A DNA stretch of 64,000 nucleotides from Thiohalomonadales bacterium (lineage in GTDB: Bacteria > Pseudomonadota > Gammaproteobacteria > RBG-16-57-12). The notes under the pieces are model-generated. The model was not told the origin of the DNA. It saw nothing but the letters and a program-made list of their open reading frames with translations, and did no database searches. Positions 51,155-60,947 of the stretch are shown here, piece after piece. Position numbers and translations under genes: made by a program. Location of the stretch: contig JBNKQQ010000046.1 of NCBI GenBank assembly GCA_050295955.1, forward strand, positions 5,205-69,204, read 5' to 3'. The stretch's first letter is position 1. Each line of letters starts with the position of its first letter.

Positions 51155-51883
51155 ATGTCGATCAATAAAAGTCTACTTACAAATCTGCTGGCATTGGCAC
51201 TCATCATTGTCGGCTTGAATCTGCCCAACTATGGTCAGCACGTTGTCACCATGGGTATCTTTGCCCTCTCCGGTGCACTCACGAACTGGCTGGCGATTCA
51301 CATGCTATTTGAGAAAGTGCCTTTGCTGTATGGTTCCGGAGTAATCCCCAATCGTTTTGAGGCCTTTAAACAAGTCATCAAACAGACCATCATGGATCAG
51401 TTTTTCACCCGTGAAAATATCAATCGCTTTATCCGCCAAGAGGAGTCTAAAGAGCAGGATCTAGTCAATCTAGAACCACTATTACAGGTGATCGACTACG
51501 ACAAAATTTTCGATAATCTGGTGGAAGCGATCATGGCCTCCTCCTTTGGCAGTATGCTAAGTATGTTTGGTGGCCCCTCAGCCCTAGAAGGCTTGAAAGA
51601 GCCCTTTACCCAGCGCCTACAGGATTCGTTACGTGCGATTACCCAAAGCAAAGCCTTCCATCAGGCACTTCATGATAGCCTGAATACCCATCAGCTGGGA
51701 GATGACATTATCCTTAGCATCGAACGTATTGTGGATCAGCGCCTAAATGAACTGACAGCCCAGCAGGTAAAAGAGATCGTCCAGCGTATCATCCGAGAAC
51801 ACCTCGGTTGGCTGGTGGTTTGGGGCGGCGTTATTGGTGGCCTGTTGGGACTGGTACTCAGCCTGACTACCAGCGTGGTGTAG
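51155..51883 (+). CDS. DUF445-family membrane protein
   Basis: 242 aa with N- and C-terminal TM helices and a pattern typical of DUF445 (WLAIHMLFEKVP). Confidence 0.65.
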   Translation: MSINKSLLTNLLALALIIVGLNLPNYGQHVVTMGIFALSGALTNWLAIHMLFEKVPLLYGSGVIPNRFEAFKQVIKQTIMDQFFTRENINRFIRQEESKEQDLVNLEPLLQVIDYDKIFDNLVEAIMASSFGSMLSMFGGPSALEGLKEPFTQRLQDSLRAITQSKAFHQALHDSLNTHQLGDDIILSIERIVDQRLNELTAQQVKEIVQRIIREHLGWLVVWGGVIGGLLGLVLSLTTSVV

Positions 51884-51886
51884 CCA

Positions 51887-52369
51887 ATGGCCCGCTTGCT
51901 GATCATCGCGGTTGTTCTGATCCTGCTGTACCTGGCGATTCGCTGGTTTGTACGGGCCAAGGTCGAAGATGCCCGTAAAATGATCAGCGCAGCGATCTTT
52001 GTCATTATCCTCAGTGTATTAATTTTCCTGGCGGTTACCGGGAGGCTCCACTGGCTTTTTGCCGTGATCGGCGCGGCCATTCCCATAGTACAGCGCTTGT
52101 GGCGGGCATGGCGTGCCTATCGGATGTTGAAAGGCGCTCATGAGCGTATGAAACAGGGTCCACAGCACCCAAATGCCCCTGGAAAAATAAGTATTGCGGA
52201 AGCGTATCAAATCCTGGGCCTACAGCCGGGTGCCACTAAAGAACAAATTATCAAAGCCCATCGCAGCATGATGCGTGATGCTCACCCAGACCGGGGAGGC
52301 AGCGATCAACAGGCACAACAGCTCAATGCCGCTAAGGAGCTGCTATTAAAACACCTGGGAGAAAAATAA
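51887..52369 (+). CDS. Membrane-anchored J-domain protein
   Basis: N-terminal TM helices plus a C-terminal J domain, AYQILGLQPGATKEQIIKAHRSMMRDAHPDRGG, with the HPD motif. Confidence 0.8.
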   Translation: MARLLIIAVVLILLYLAIRWFVRAKVEDARKMISAAIFVIILSVLIFLAVTGRLHWLFAVIGAAIPIVQRLWRAWRAYRMLKGAHERMKQGPQHPNAPGKISIAEAYQILGLQPGATKEQIIKAHRSMMRDAHPDRGGSDQQAQQLNAAKELLLKHLGEK

Positions 52370-52812
52370 TGGTGTGGAAACCCCGTGTTACCGTTGCCGC
52401 CATTGTAGAAAGAGATGGTCGTTTCCTAATGGTGGAAGAGCATGTTGGAGAGCCTCTCAGTGGTTTTAACCAACCCGCCGGGCATCTAGAGGACGAGGAA
52501 TCATTACTGCAGGCAGTCATCCGTGAAATGTTGGAAGAGACCGCTTTCCCCTTTACCCCCATTGCTATTACTGGCATCTATCGCTGGATAGCCCCCACTG
52601 GTGACACCTATCTGCGGGTCTGTTTTTGTGGTGAGGTAGGTGCCAAAACAGCACAGCCTCTGGATGAGGAGATTATTGCCACTCATTGGCTTACCCTGGA
52701 AGAGATCAAAGCCTTGAATGAGCGTCTGCGCAGCCCACTGGTAATACGCTGTTTTGAAGATTATGTGGCGGGCGAACGTTATCCATTAACCCTGTTTAAA
52801 GAGACCGTTTAA
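52369..52812 (+). CDS. NUDIX hydrolase
   Basis: Nudix box GHLEDEESLLQAVIREMLEETA. The start overlaps the preceding stop (TAATG). Confidence 0.88.
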   Translation: MVWKPRVTVAAIVERDGRFLMVEEHVGEPLSGFNQPAGHLEDEESLLQAVIREMLEETAFPFTPIAITGIYRWIAPTGDTYLRVCFCGEVGAKTAQPLDEEIIATHWLTLEEIKALNERLRSPLVIRCFEDYVAGERYPLTLFKETV

Positions 52813-54824
52813 TCCCCTAACGGTTGCCAGGCTGGCAGTGTAATTCGGAAACATCCTCCCGTATCAGGACGGTCGATATATCGGATATTACCACCATGAC
52901 GCTCAATAATGGCCTGGCTAATACTCAGCCCCAGTCCGGTGCCTTTTACATGTCGGGTATCAGAGCTGTCCGCCATGGCAAATTTTTCAAATAAACGAGA
53001 CTGAAACCCAACAGGCACTCCCTCACCTTGATCCGTCACCTCGATCACCAGTCGATCCAACTCAAAAGCCAAATACAGCTCCACCACACCGCCAGCAGGC
53101 GAAAACTTAATACCATTTGAGAGAAGATTGGTTACCACTTGGTCAATACGATCTGCATCACATTTACACCAGATATTTTCATCCCGTGCATTCAGTTTTA
53201 TTTTGACCTGATGCTGGAGAGCAAAAGCCTGATTTGCCTCGATGGAGCGTTTAATCAACGCCAACACCTCAACTTTGGCAAAATCAAACTCCATCTTGCC
53301 CAACTCCATTTTCTCAATATCGAGAATGTCATTAATCAGACGAATCAAGCGATCACAGTTATTCACTGCGATATTAATCAGCTTATTACCTTTTTCACTC
53401 AATTGGCCAACAATGCCAGCCTGGACCACGCCCAAAGAGCCACGGATTGAGGTTAACGGCGTACGCAATTCATGGCTGACGGTGGAGACAAATTCATTCT
53501 TCATACGCTCCATGGCTTTACGTTCAGTAATATCCCGCGCAATACCGGTGAAGATGCGCTGATCATCAATCTGAGACTCACTAACAGCTAACTCCAGAGG
53601 AAAGGTTGAGCCATCCTTGCGTTGTCCCAACACCTCCCGCCCAACACCGATCACTCTCTGTTCTCCGGTATCGCGATAGTGTTTCATGTAATTATCATGC
53701 ATATCGCGATAAGGAGACGGCATCAATATCTTCACATTTTGCCCAATCACCTCACTGTCAGCATAGCCAAAGATCCGCTCCGCGCCTTTATTAAAGGTCT
53801 GCACTATCCCTAAATCATCGATAGTAATAATGCCATCCACCGCGGAATCCAGAATCATCCGCATCATTTTACTGCTATTCTCACTCTCTTTAACTGCCTG
53901 ACGACGCAGCATATCCGTGCGTAAAGAGTTGATCATATTGGCACAGCTACCCAGTATGGGCTCAAGAAAATCCACCAGCTCGTCATCATAGCCCTCTGCC
54001 CGATTAGCAAGTCCCACCATGCCAATCAACTTGCCACCATAAAAAAATGGTAGTCCTAAAAAAGCGTTAAGCGGTGGATGACCATCTGGTATACCGGCAC
54101 GTTTTGGATGTTGAGTAGGATTATTGGCAATCATGGCTTTACCGCTAAGAATCACCTCACCGAACAGGCTTTTCAGGTTATAAAACACCATCCCTTTCGG
54201 TGAATTTTCATCATAAAAGGCACGCGTCTCCTCACTCCAAGCAATGTTGGTGATTGCATAGCTTTTTAAATATGGTGAACCATCCTCCTGATACAGCACC
54301 TCTCCAATAAAACCATATTTGCTATGAGTCATCTGCAACAGATTATTCAACAAACTATCAAATACCTGTCTTGGATCAGTATCCGTAATAAACTGTGTCT
54401 GGATCTGTTCAATCGTCTCAATCAATTGATGGTTTCGAAGGAAAAGTAACTCTTGGCGCTTGCGTTCAGTAATATCTTTGGCAATTGCAAAATAGCTTTG
54501 GAGCTCAGTATCGAAGGTGCTGCTCCAAAGCAGCCAATGGGGAGTCCCCGCTTTATCAATGAAACGGTTTTCGAAATCATGGACTACGCCACTGGATAGT
54601 TGTGACATGGCAGTGAGAGTCTTTTCCCGATCGTCCGGATGAACAAAATCCACAAGCGGGCGGGACATCAACTCCTCGAGAGTGTATCCCAGCAGCTCTT
54701 GCCACTGGGCATTGAGCGATACAAAGTAACCGTCAACGGAGGCGACGCAGAGCATATCCTTCGAAAGGGCAGCAAGCTTGGATGCCAATTCGGGGTGTTG
54801 TGAAAGCTTTTCCGTTAATGGCAT
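52809..54824 (-). CDS. Cytoplasmic PAS-GAF-PAS sensor histidine kinase
   Basis: Two PAS-like blocks flank a GAF-like region. The H-box is VSHELRTPLTSI, with NLLSNGIKFS, DQGEGV and GTGLGLSI. No TM segment and no adjacent regulator. Confidence 0.88.
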   Translation of the reverse strand: MPLTEKLSQHPELASKLAALSKDMLCVASVDGYFVSLNAQWQELLGYTLEELMSRPLVDFVHPDDREKTLTAMSQLSSGVVHDFENRFIDKAGTPHWLLWSSTFDTELQSYFAIAKDITERKRQELLFLRNHQLIETIEQIQTQFITDTDPRQVFDSLLNNLLQMTHSKYGFIGEVLYQEDGSPYLKSYAITNIAWSEETRAFYDENSPKGMVFYNLKSLFGEVILSGKAMIANNPTQHPKRAGIPDGHPPLNAFLGLPFFYGGKLIGMVGLANRAEGYDDELVDFLEPILGSCANMINSLRTDMLRRQAVKESENSSKMMRMILDSAVDGIITIDDLGIVQTFNKGAERIFGYADSEVIGQNVKILMPSPYRDMHDNYMKHYRDTGEQRVIGVGREVLGQRKDGSTFPLELAVSESQIDDQRIFTGIARDITERKAMERMKNEFVSTVSHELRTPLTSIRGSLGVVQAGIVGQLSEKGNKLINIAVNNCDRLIRLINDILDIEKMELGKMEFDFAKVEVLALIKRSIEANQAFALQHQVKIKLNARDENIWCKCDADRIDQVVTNLLSNGIKFSPAGGVVELYLAFELDRLVIEVTDQGEGVPVGFQSRLFEKFAMADSSDTRHVKGTGLGLSISQAIIERHGGNIRYIDRPDTGGCFRITLPAWQPLGD

Positions 54825-54901
54825 CTCTGCCGTGACTCCAGGTTATTTTCTACCCTCACATATCGACGCCATTAACCAGAAACTTGAAGAAGGCTTGACG
54901 T

Positions 54902-56203
54902 CTAGAGGAGATACGGACTATTGAAAAAGCGCTCTGCTAACTGCCGTAACATCAGAGCATCCTCACTACCCGCCAACTCCCTGATGGAGTGCATCGCAAA
55001 AGTGGGAACACCGATATCCAGGGTTTTCACCCCAAGCTCAGTGGCCGTAATGGGTCCAATGGTGCTACCACACCCCATATCACTACGGGTCACAAAGGAT
55101 TGCAAAGGCACACCCGCCTGCTCACCCAGATGACGAACCAACGCTGAGGTAGCACTATTGGTCGCATAGCGTTGGTTAGCATTAAGCTTGATCACCGGCC
55201 CACGGTTCAGCAGAGGTCCATGATTCTCTTCATGCTTATCAGGGTAGTTGGGGTGAACGCCGTGAGCATTATCTGCAGAGATCAGCACTGAACGTTCGAT
55301 AACCCGGGTTAGGGTTTCATTATCACCACAGATACGCTCCAGCACCGAGCGCAGGAATGGCCCCTGGGCACCGCAACAAGAAGCACTGCCTACCTCTTCG
55401 TGATCATTACACACAAGAATAACACTATGTTTGCCGTCTGCTGCCAGCAAAGCCTGCAGCCCTACGTAGCAGCTAAGCAAATTATCCAGGCGAGCTGCCG
55501 CAATAAACTCATCATCCATACCGATCATTGCTGGTGGCTGGGTATCGTAGAAAAACAGCTCATAATCCAGTACTTTCTCCACATCACTACGCCGCAGTTG
55601 TTCAACCAGATGGGCCAGTAACAAGTCTTTGAAGCTAGGTGATTCACCCGCCTCTTCCACTTGAGCAATCAGTGGTGGCAAATGGAGCTGGGCATTGATA
55701 CTGCGCTCTTTATTCGCCTCACGATCCAGATGGATTGCCAAGCTGGGAATCGTTGCAATCGGCTTACTGAAATCCACCAGCGCATGATCAATGCGTCCAG
55801 ATTTATTCAGAAAACTCACTCTCCCCGCCAGGGAAAGATCACGGTCAAACCACGGGTTTAATAATGCGCCACCATATACCTCAACGCCTAATTGATAGTA
55901 ACCCAGCATTACCCTATCCGGCTGTGGTTTCACTTTCAGGCAGGGACTATCAGTATGAGCGCCGAACATACGGAACCCCTGTTGCAGCATATCCTCTTCT
56001 CCCAGAATAAAGGCCACCATCGAGGAATCATTTCGGGTCACCAGATATTTGCCGGGCTGATCCAGTCGCCAGGCATCTGCCTCGGTCAGGGTTTGAAAGC
56101 CTGCCTCCGTAAGGGACTGCACCAAGTTATAGGTTGCGTGGAATGGGGTGGGTGAGGCTTGCAGAAATGTTAACAGCCCCTGGTTAAATGCTGGGTTATT
56201 CAC
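54902..56203 (-). CDS. apeB: M18-family (aspartyl) aminopeptidase
   Basis: The N-terminal [11 protein letters not shown] plus the blocks [20 protein letters not shown] and PTFAMHS. Confidence 0.9.
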   Translation of the reverse strand: MNNPAFNQGLLTFLQASPTPFHATYNLVQSLTEAGFQTLTEADAWRLDQPGKYLVTRNDSSMVAFILGEEDMLQQGFRMFGAHTDSPCLKVKPQPDRVMLGYYQLGVEVYGGALLNPWFDRDLSLAGRVSFLNKSGRIDHALVDFSKPIATIPSLAIHLDREANKERSINAQLHLPPLIAQVEEAGESPSFKDLLLAHLVEQLRRSDVEKVLDYELFFYDTQPPAMIGMDDEFIAAARLDNLLSCYVGLQALLAADGKHSVILVCNDHEEVGSASCCGAQGPFLRSVLERICGDNETLTRVIERSVLISADNAHGVHPNYPDKHEENHGPLLNRGPVIKLNANQRYATNSATSALVRHLGEQAGVPLQSFVTRSDMGCGSTIGPITATELGVKTLDIGVPTFAMHSIRELAGSEDALMLRQLAERFFNSPYLL

Positions 56204-56302
56204 TCAATCGACCTTCTTAAAAATATTCAGACAACTCCACAATGATAGCCAAAACCGTCCCTTATGTGCACAATGGTATTAATTGATGCGATTGAGAGAA
56301 CC

Positions 56303-57841
56303 ATGTCAAAACACGGAGTTGTCGCAGCCGGACACCCGGCAACCGCCGAGAGTGCCGCCGAAATCCTACGTGAAGGCGGTAATGCCTATGATGCAGTGAT
56401 TGCGGCCGTTTTTAGTGCCTGTATCGCTGAACCAGTACTCGCCTCCCTCGCTGGGGGAGGCTTCCTGATGGCACACCCACAACAGGGGCAACCCCAGCTC
56501 TATGACTTCTTTGTACAAACACCCCGAAACAAATGCCCCAAAGAACAACTGGACTTCTACCCTATCGCCGCTGACTTTGGCACCACAACTCAGGAGTTTC
56601 ATATCGGCTTAGGCTCGGTCGCCACACCTGGGGTGGTAAAGGGCCTATTCCATATCCACCAACGTTATGGCTCCATGCCAATGTCTCGCCTAGTTGAACC
56701 TGCTATCGCATTAGCGAAAGAGGGACTTCCTCTAAACCCCTTCCAAGCCTATATCCTCGATATTATCAGCCCCATCATGTTGGCAAACCCGCACTCACGC
56801 CAGCTATTTGCCAATACCCAAACCGGTCAGGTAAAGCGACAGGGTGAATGCTTCTGTAATCCCGACTTTTCCAATACGTTAGAAGCTCTGGCCAAAGAGG
56901 GTGATGAGCTGTTTTACCAAGGAGAAATTGCTCAACGGATGGTTACCATGTGTGAACAGCGGGGACATCTTAGAAAAGATGACCTGCAACACTATCAAGT
57001 GGAGAGCCGTAATCCACTTAAACTGAGTTATCACGATGCCACACTCTACACCAATCCGCCCCCCTCCTCTGGCGGTATCCTGATGGCTTTTACCCTAGCA
57101 CTGTTAGAACCGCTACAGCTATCACAATACTCATTCGGCAGCTTTGAGCATCTTGCAAAACTCAGCCATGCGTTAGCGCTTACTAACCAGGCACGAGTAG
57201 CACATCATGCTAATGGCAACCTCTACGACGGGGAAGGGTTAAACCCGCACCTGCTCGCACAATACCACCAGCAGGTTCTCAACCATGCTAAGGCACAACG
57301 AGGCACTACCCATATCAGTATCATTGATCGTCATGATAATTGCGCCAGCCTGACCCTCAGTAACGGTGAAGGGTGCGGCAGCCTGATCCCCGGCACCGGC
57401 ATCATGCTCAATAACATGCTGGGGGAAGAGGACCTCAATCCCTGTGGTTTCCATCAATGGCAGAGCAACCAGCGCATGACCTCGATGATGGCCCCCTCAA
57501 TCCTGGAGTCCCCCCGCCTCGGCCGTGTTGTGATGGGTTCCGGCGGTTCTAACCGTATCCGTAGTGCACTGTTACAACTCACCAGTAATCTGGTAGATTT
57601 TGAGTTGCCTTTACAACAGGCGGTAGAAGCCCCTCGCCTACACATGGAAGGAGAGCATCTCAGCATTGAGGGAGGCTTTAATCACAACGCCTGCCAAGCT
57701 CTGCATCAATATTATCCAGACCATCAACAATGGCAGGAACGTAATCTATTTTTCGGTGGCACCCATGTGGTTTCCCACCAGGCAAACCATTTCTACGGCG
57801 CCGGAGATCCTCGGCGCGGGGGTGCTACAATTCTCGTCTAG
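56303..57841 (+). CDS. ggt: Gamma-glutamyltransferase-family protein (no signal peptide)
   Basis: GVVAAGHPATAESAAEILREGGNAYDAV, with the nucleophile region RGTTHISIID. The start is uncertain: ATGs at 56264, 56273 and 56303. Confidence 0.8.
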   Translation: MSKHGVVAAGHPATAESAAEILREGGNAYDAVIAAVFSACIAEPVLASLAGGGFLMAHPQQGQPQLYDFFVQTPRNKCPKEQLDFYPIAADFGTTTQEFHIGLGSVATPGVVKGLFHIHQRYGSMPMSRLVEPAIALAKEGLPLNPFQAYILDIISPIMLANPHSRQLFANTQTGQVKRQGECFCNPDFSNTLEALAKEGDELFYQGEIAQRMVTMCEQRGHLRKDDLQHYQVESRNPLKLSYHDATLYTNPPPSSGGILMAFTLALLEPLQLSQYSFGSFEHLAKLSHALALTNQARVAHHANGNLYDGEGLNPHLLAQYHQQVLNHAKAQRGTTHISIIDRHDNCASLTLSNGEGCGSLIPGTGIMLNNMLGEEDLNPCGFHQWQSNQRMTSMMAPSILESPRLGRVVMGSGGSNRIRSALLQLTSNLVDFELPLQQAVEAPRLHMEGEHLSIEGGFNHNACQALHQYYPDHQQWQERNLFFGGTHVVSHQANHFYGAGDPRRGGATILV

Positions 57842-57925
57842 AAACAAAACAGTAGCCTGAAAAACTCAACTATGACGATAACATCTCGATAACGCTTAAA
57901 TAGGCGACTAGAAAGGCAGAATAAT

Positions 57926-59347
57926 ATGAGTGACAGCAACAATGATATTACGTTTTACCAAAGCGTAAACCTCATGGCAGACAAAGCGATGCAGGTCCTT
58001 GGTCTGGATGAGGGTACCGCCGCCGCCATCAAAAGTTGTAGCTCAGTACTCCAAGTACAATTCCCAGTAAAAATCCGTGACAAGATCGAAGTCTTTACCG
58101 GCTGGCGGGCTGTCCACAGCACCCACCGCCTGCCTGCTAAAGGAGGTATTCGCTATGCCCCCTATGCAAACCAAGATGAAGTTGAAGCCCTCGCGGCACT
58201 GATGACCTATAAATGTGCTCTGGTAGATGTCCCCTTTGGTGGCTCCAAAGGCGGCCTATTGATAGACCCCAAAAACTACACCCGTGACGAACTACAGCTG
58301 ATCACCCGGCGCTTTACTCTTGAGTTGGCACGGAAGGGCTTCCTCAGTCCCTCTACCAATGTTCCAGCACCCGATATGGGAACGGGTGAACGCGAAATGG
58401 CATGGATGGCAGATACCTATAAACACCTCCATCCCGAAGATATTAATTACCTTGCCTGTGTAACAGGAAAACCGGTTCACCACGGTGGTATACGGGGTCG
58501 AAAAGAGGCCACTGGACGAGGCGTACAATACGCACTACAAGAATTTTTCCACTATCCAGAAGATGTAAAAATGGCCAATCTCTCCGGCACCCTGGAAGGA
58601 AAACGTATCATCATTCAAGGCTTTGGTAACGTGGGCTATCATGCCGCCAAATTCCTGAGTGAAGAAGATAAAGCCAAAGTGATAGCCATCATCAAAAGCG
58701 ATGGCTATCTCTATTGCGAAGATGGCCTCGATGTGGAAGAGGTTTACCGCCACGTTACGGCCCATAAAACGCTACAAGGCTTCCCCGGTGCAAAATATAG
58801 CAGTGATACCGAAGAGGCTCTTACTCTGGAGTGCGACATCCTGATTCCTGCCGCCATGGAAGCCGTCATTAACGAAGAGAACGCCGGTGCCATCAAAGCC
58901 AAAGTGATAGCTGAAGCAGCCAATGGCCCCATCACTTACGCCGCCGATGAGCTATTACATCAACGGGGAGTCGTCATCATCCCGGACTTCTTTGTGAACG
59001 CAGGCGGTGTGATTGTCTCTTACTTTGAGTGGATACGTAACATCTCTCACATCCGCTTCGGTCGACTACAGCGCCGTCACGATGAACTGCGCCATCAACA
59101 CTTCACCTCGCTACTGGAACAACTTACCGGCACGACCATCTCAGATGAAGCCCGCAACCACATGGGACAAGGCTCAGAAGAGATCGACTTTGTACGCTCA
59201 GGTCTCTACGACACCATGCGTACCGGCTACAGCGAACTGCGTAATGTGTTCCATAACAACGATCAGGTTAACGATCTGCGTACGGCCGGCTATGTCGTCT
59301 CACTTGAAAAAATCGCCCGTACTTATCTGGACATTGGGATCTATTAG
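57926..59347 (+). CDS. Glu/Leu/Phe/Val-family (glutamate) dehydrogenase
   Basis: VPFGGSKGG contains the catalytic Lys. GFGNVG is the Rossmann motif. 473 aa. Confidence 0.9.
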   Translation: MSDSNNDITFYQSVNLMADKAMQVLGLDEGTAAAIKSCSSVLQVQFPVKIRDKIEVFTGWRAVHSTHRLPAKGGIRYAPYANQDEVEALAALMTYKCALVDVPFGGSKGGLLIDPKNYTRDELQLITRRFTLELARKGFLSPSTNVPAPDMGTGEREMAWMADTYKHLHPEDINYLACVTGKPVHHGGIRGRKEATGRGVQYALQEFFHYPEDVKMANLSGTLEGKRIIIQGFGNVGYHAAKFLSEEDKAKVIAIIKSDGYLYCEDGLDVEEVYRHVTAHKTLQGFPGAKYSSDTEEALTLECDILIPAAMEAVINEENAGAIKAKVIAEAANGPITYAADELLHQRGVVIIPDFFVNAGGVIVSYFEWIRNISHIRFGRLQRRHDELRHQHFTSLLEQLTGTTISDEARNHMGQGSEEIDFVRSGLYDTMRTGYSELRNVFHNNDQVNDLRTAGYVVSLEKIARTYLDIGIY

Positions 59348-59372
59348 GATCCCGAGATAGTCCATTTATTTC

Positions 59373-59404
59373 AGGGGGCCATCTGCCCCCTATTTCGTTT
59401 TCAT
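59373..59404 (+). terminator. Intrinsic terminator after the dehydrogenase gene
   Basis: AGGGGGC-CATCT-GCCCCCT followed by ATTTCGTTTT. Confidence 0.75.
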
Positions 59405-59511
59405 CGATTAAAACTCTTACTTTTCGTGTCGATATAGGAGATCAATAGATTTGTCCATCTCTCAAAGTAGTGGGGGATTTCATAAAGTTATGTTGTAAGG
59501 CTTAAAGGATC

Positions 59512-60930
59512 GTGACCATCAACACATTTAACAGCACTCTCATCCTGGCAAGTGTCGTAGCGATCTTCGGCGCTCTCCTCTCAATTCTTCTCGTAAGGCA
59601 TGGGCTACAGCACCTACTCAATCTACTGTTTGGCAACATCCCCCTTAAGCCACAAGAGCAAAATCAGATACTTCAGGTTAGTAAAGAATTGGAGCAGCAG
59701 ATCCGCAATGTCAGCCAGCACTCAATGCAGCTGGAGCTGGCCAATAAGAGCCTGGAAGAGACCAATCAACAATTGGAAAAGGCTAATAAGGCTAAATCCG
59801 ACTTCGTTAATGTGGTCTCCCATGAACTACGTACACCACTTACCTCAATCAAATCATTCACAGAGATACTGAGAGAGGATATTGATGAACTGGACAGAGA
59901 GAGCCAGCTGCGGTTCTTAACCATCATCGATGAAGAGAGTGCACGCCTCACTCGCCTGATTAACGACCTATTGGATCTGCAACGGGTAGATGCCGGTAAC
60001 ATGATGTGGCGAGACCAGCAGAAAGACCTCAACCAGATTATTCGAGATTGTATCGAGTTCTTCAGCCCTGCATTCGATAACAAGGGCGTATCGTTAGAAA
60101 GTGATATGCCACCGGCTGATGATCACTTCCCCATCACCATCGACCCAGACAAAATCAAACAAGTCATTACCAATCTTCTCTCCAATGCATTGAAATTCTC
60201 AGAAAAAGGTACCGTCACTGTCAGCCTGGTTCGTATCTACCCACAACATCCATTGGCCTTCTCCTGCAGTCATCAGCAAGACCTAAACAACCTGCAAGAA
60301 CTCTTAAAAAAGAGAGGAATTCCTATACAGAATTACCAAGAGAATACCGATGAATTATCCAACGACGACATAATTCCACTTATCTACATAGATAAACTGC
60401 ATGCTGAAGGAAAAATGGTGTCGCCGATCTCTACCGTGGCAAATAGCAATGATGTGATCACCGAGTCGACAGAAAAAAGCGAAATAGACAATATCGATAT
60501 TGATGAACTACAAATCATCAAAGTAAACGGCCAACAAAGTAAAGAGGAGCTGCAATCAATTGTTGAAGAGGCTTTTAATAACCATGACCTGACCCACTGT
60601 AATTACCAAATTAATGTCAAAGATAGCGGCATCGGTATCCCCGAAGATGAAATTGACTACGTCTTTGAGCGATTCCATCAAGTTAAAGAGTCATCAGGTG
60701 AAGCAGGCGGTAGCGGCCTGGGATTAGCCATCTGTCTGGAGTATATCGAGCACTACCAAGGCAGTATAAGTGTCACAAGCAAACTTGGAGAAGGTAGCAC
60801 CTTCACCATCACCCTACCCGCCAAAACCACACCACGCCGTCCATTGGGGGAACTGCTGGTGGAAGCTGGACTGGTAAGCAGGGAAGATGTTGAAAGTGCC
60901 TTAAAACAACAAAAATCTACCTATAGATAA
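59512..60930 (+). CDS. Atypical histidine kinase (one TM helix, coiled coil, HisKA, split HATPase with a large insertion, MshEN-like C-terminal tail)
   Basis: H-box VSHELRTPLTSI. N-box ITNLLSNALKFS at about aa 219-231, but the G1 box DSGIGI lies only at aa 371. G2 is GGSGLGLAI. The tail is RRPLGELLVEAGLVSREDVESALKQQ. GTG start. Confidence 0.85.
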   Translation: MTINTFNSTLILASVVAIFGALLSILLVRHGLQHLLNLLFGNIPLKPQEQNQILQVSKELEQQIRNVSQHSMQLELANKSLEETNQQLEKANKAKSDFVNVVSHELRTPLTSIKSFTEILREDIDELDRESQLRFLTIIDEESARLTRLINDLLDLQRVDAGNMMWRDQQKDLNQIIRDCIEFFSPAFDNKGVSLESDMPPADDHFPITIDPDKIKQVITNLLSNALKFSEKGTVTVSLVRIYPQHPLAFSCSHQQDLNNLQELLKKRGIPIQNYQENTDELSNDDIIPLIYIDKLHAEGKMVSPISTVANSNDVITESTEKSEIDNIDIDELQIIKVNGQQSKEELQSIVEEAFNNHDLTHCNYQINVKDSGIGIPEDEIDYVFERFHQVKESSGEAGGSGLGLAICLEYIEHYQGSISVTSKLGEGSTFTITLPAKTTPRRPLGELLVEAGLVSREDVESALKQQKSTYR

Positions 60931-60947
60931 CAACTAATAAGAACAAT

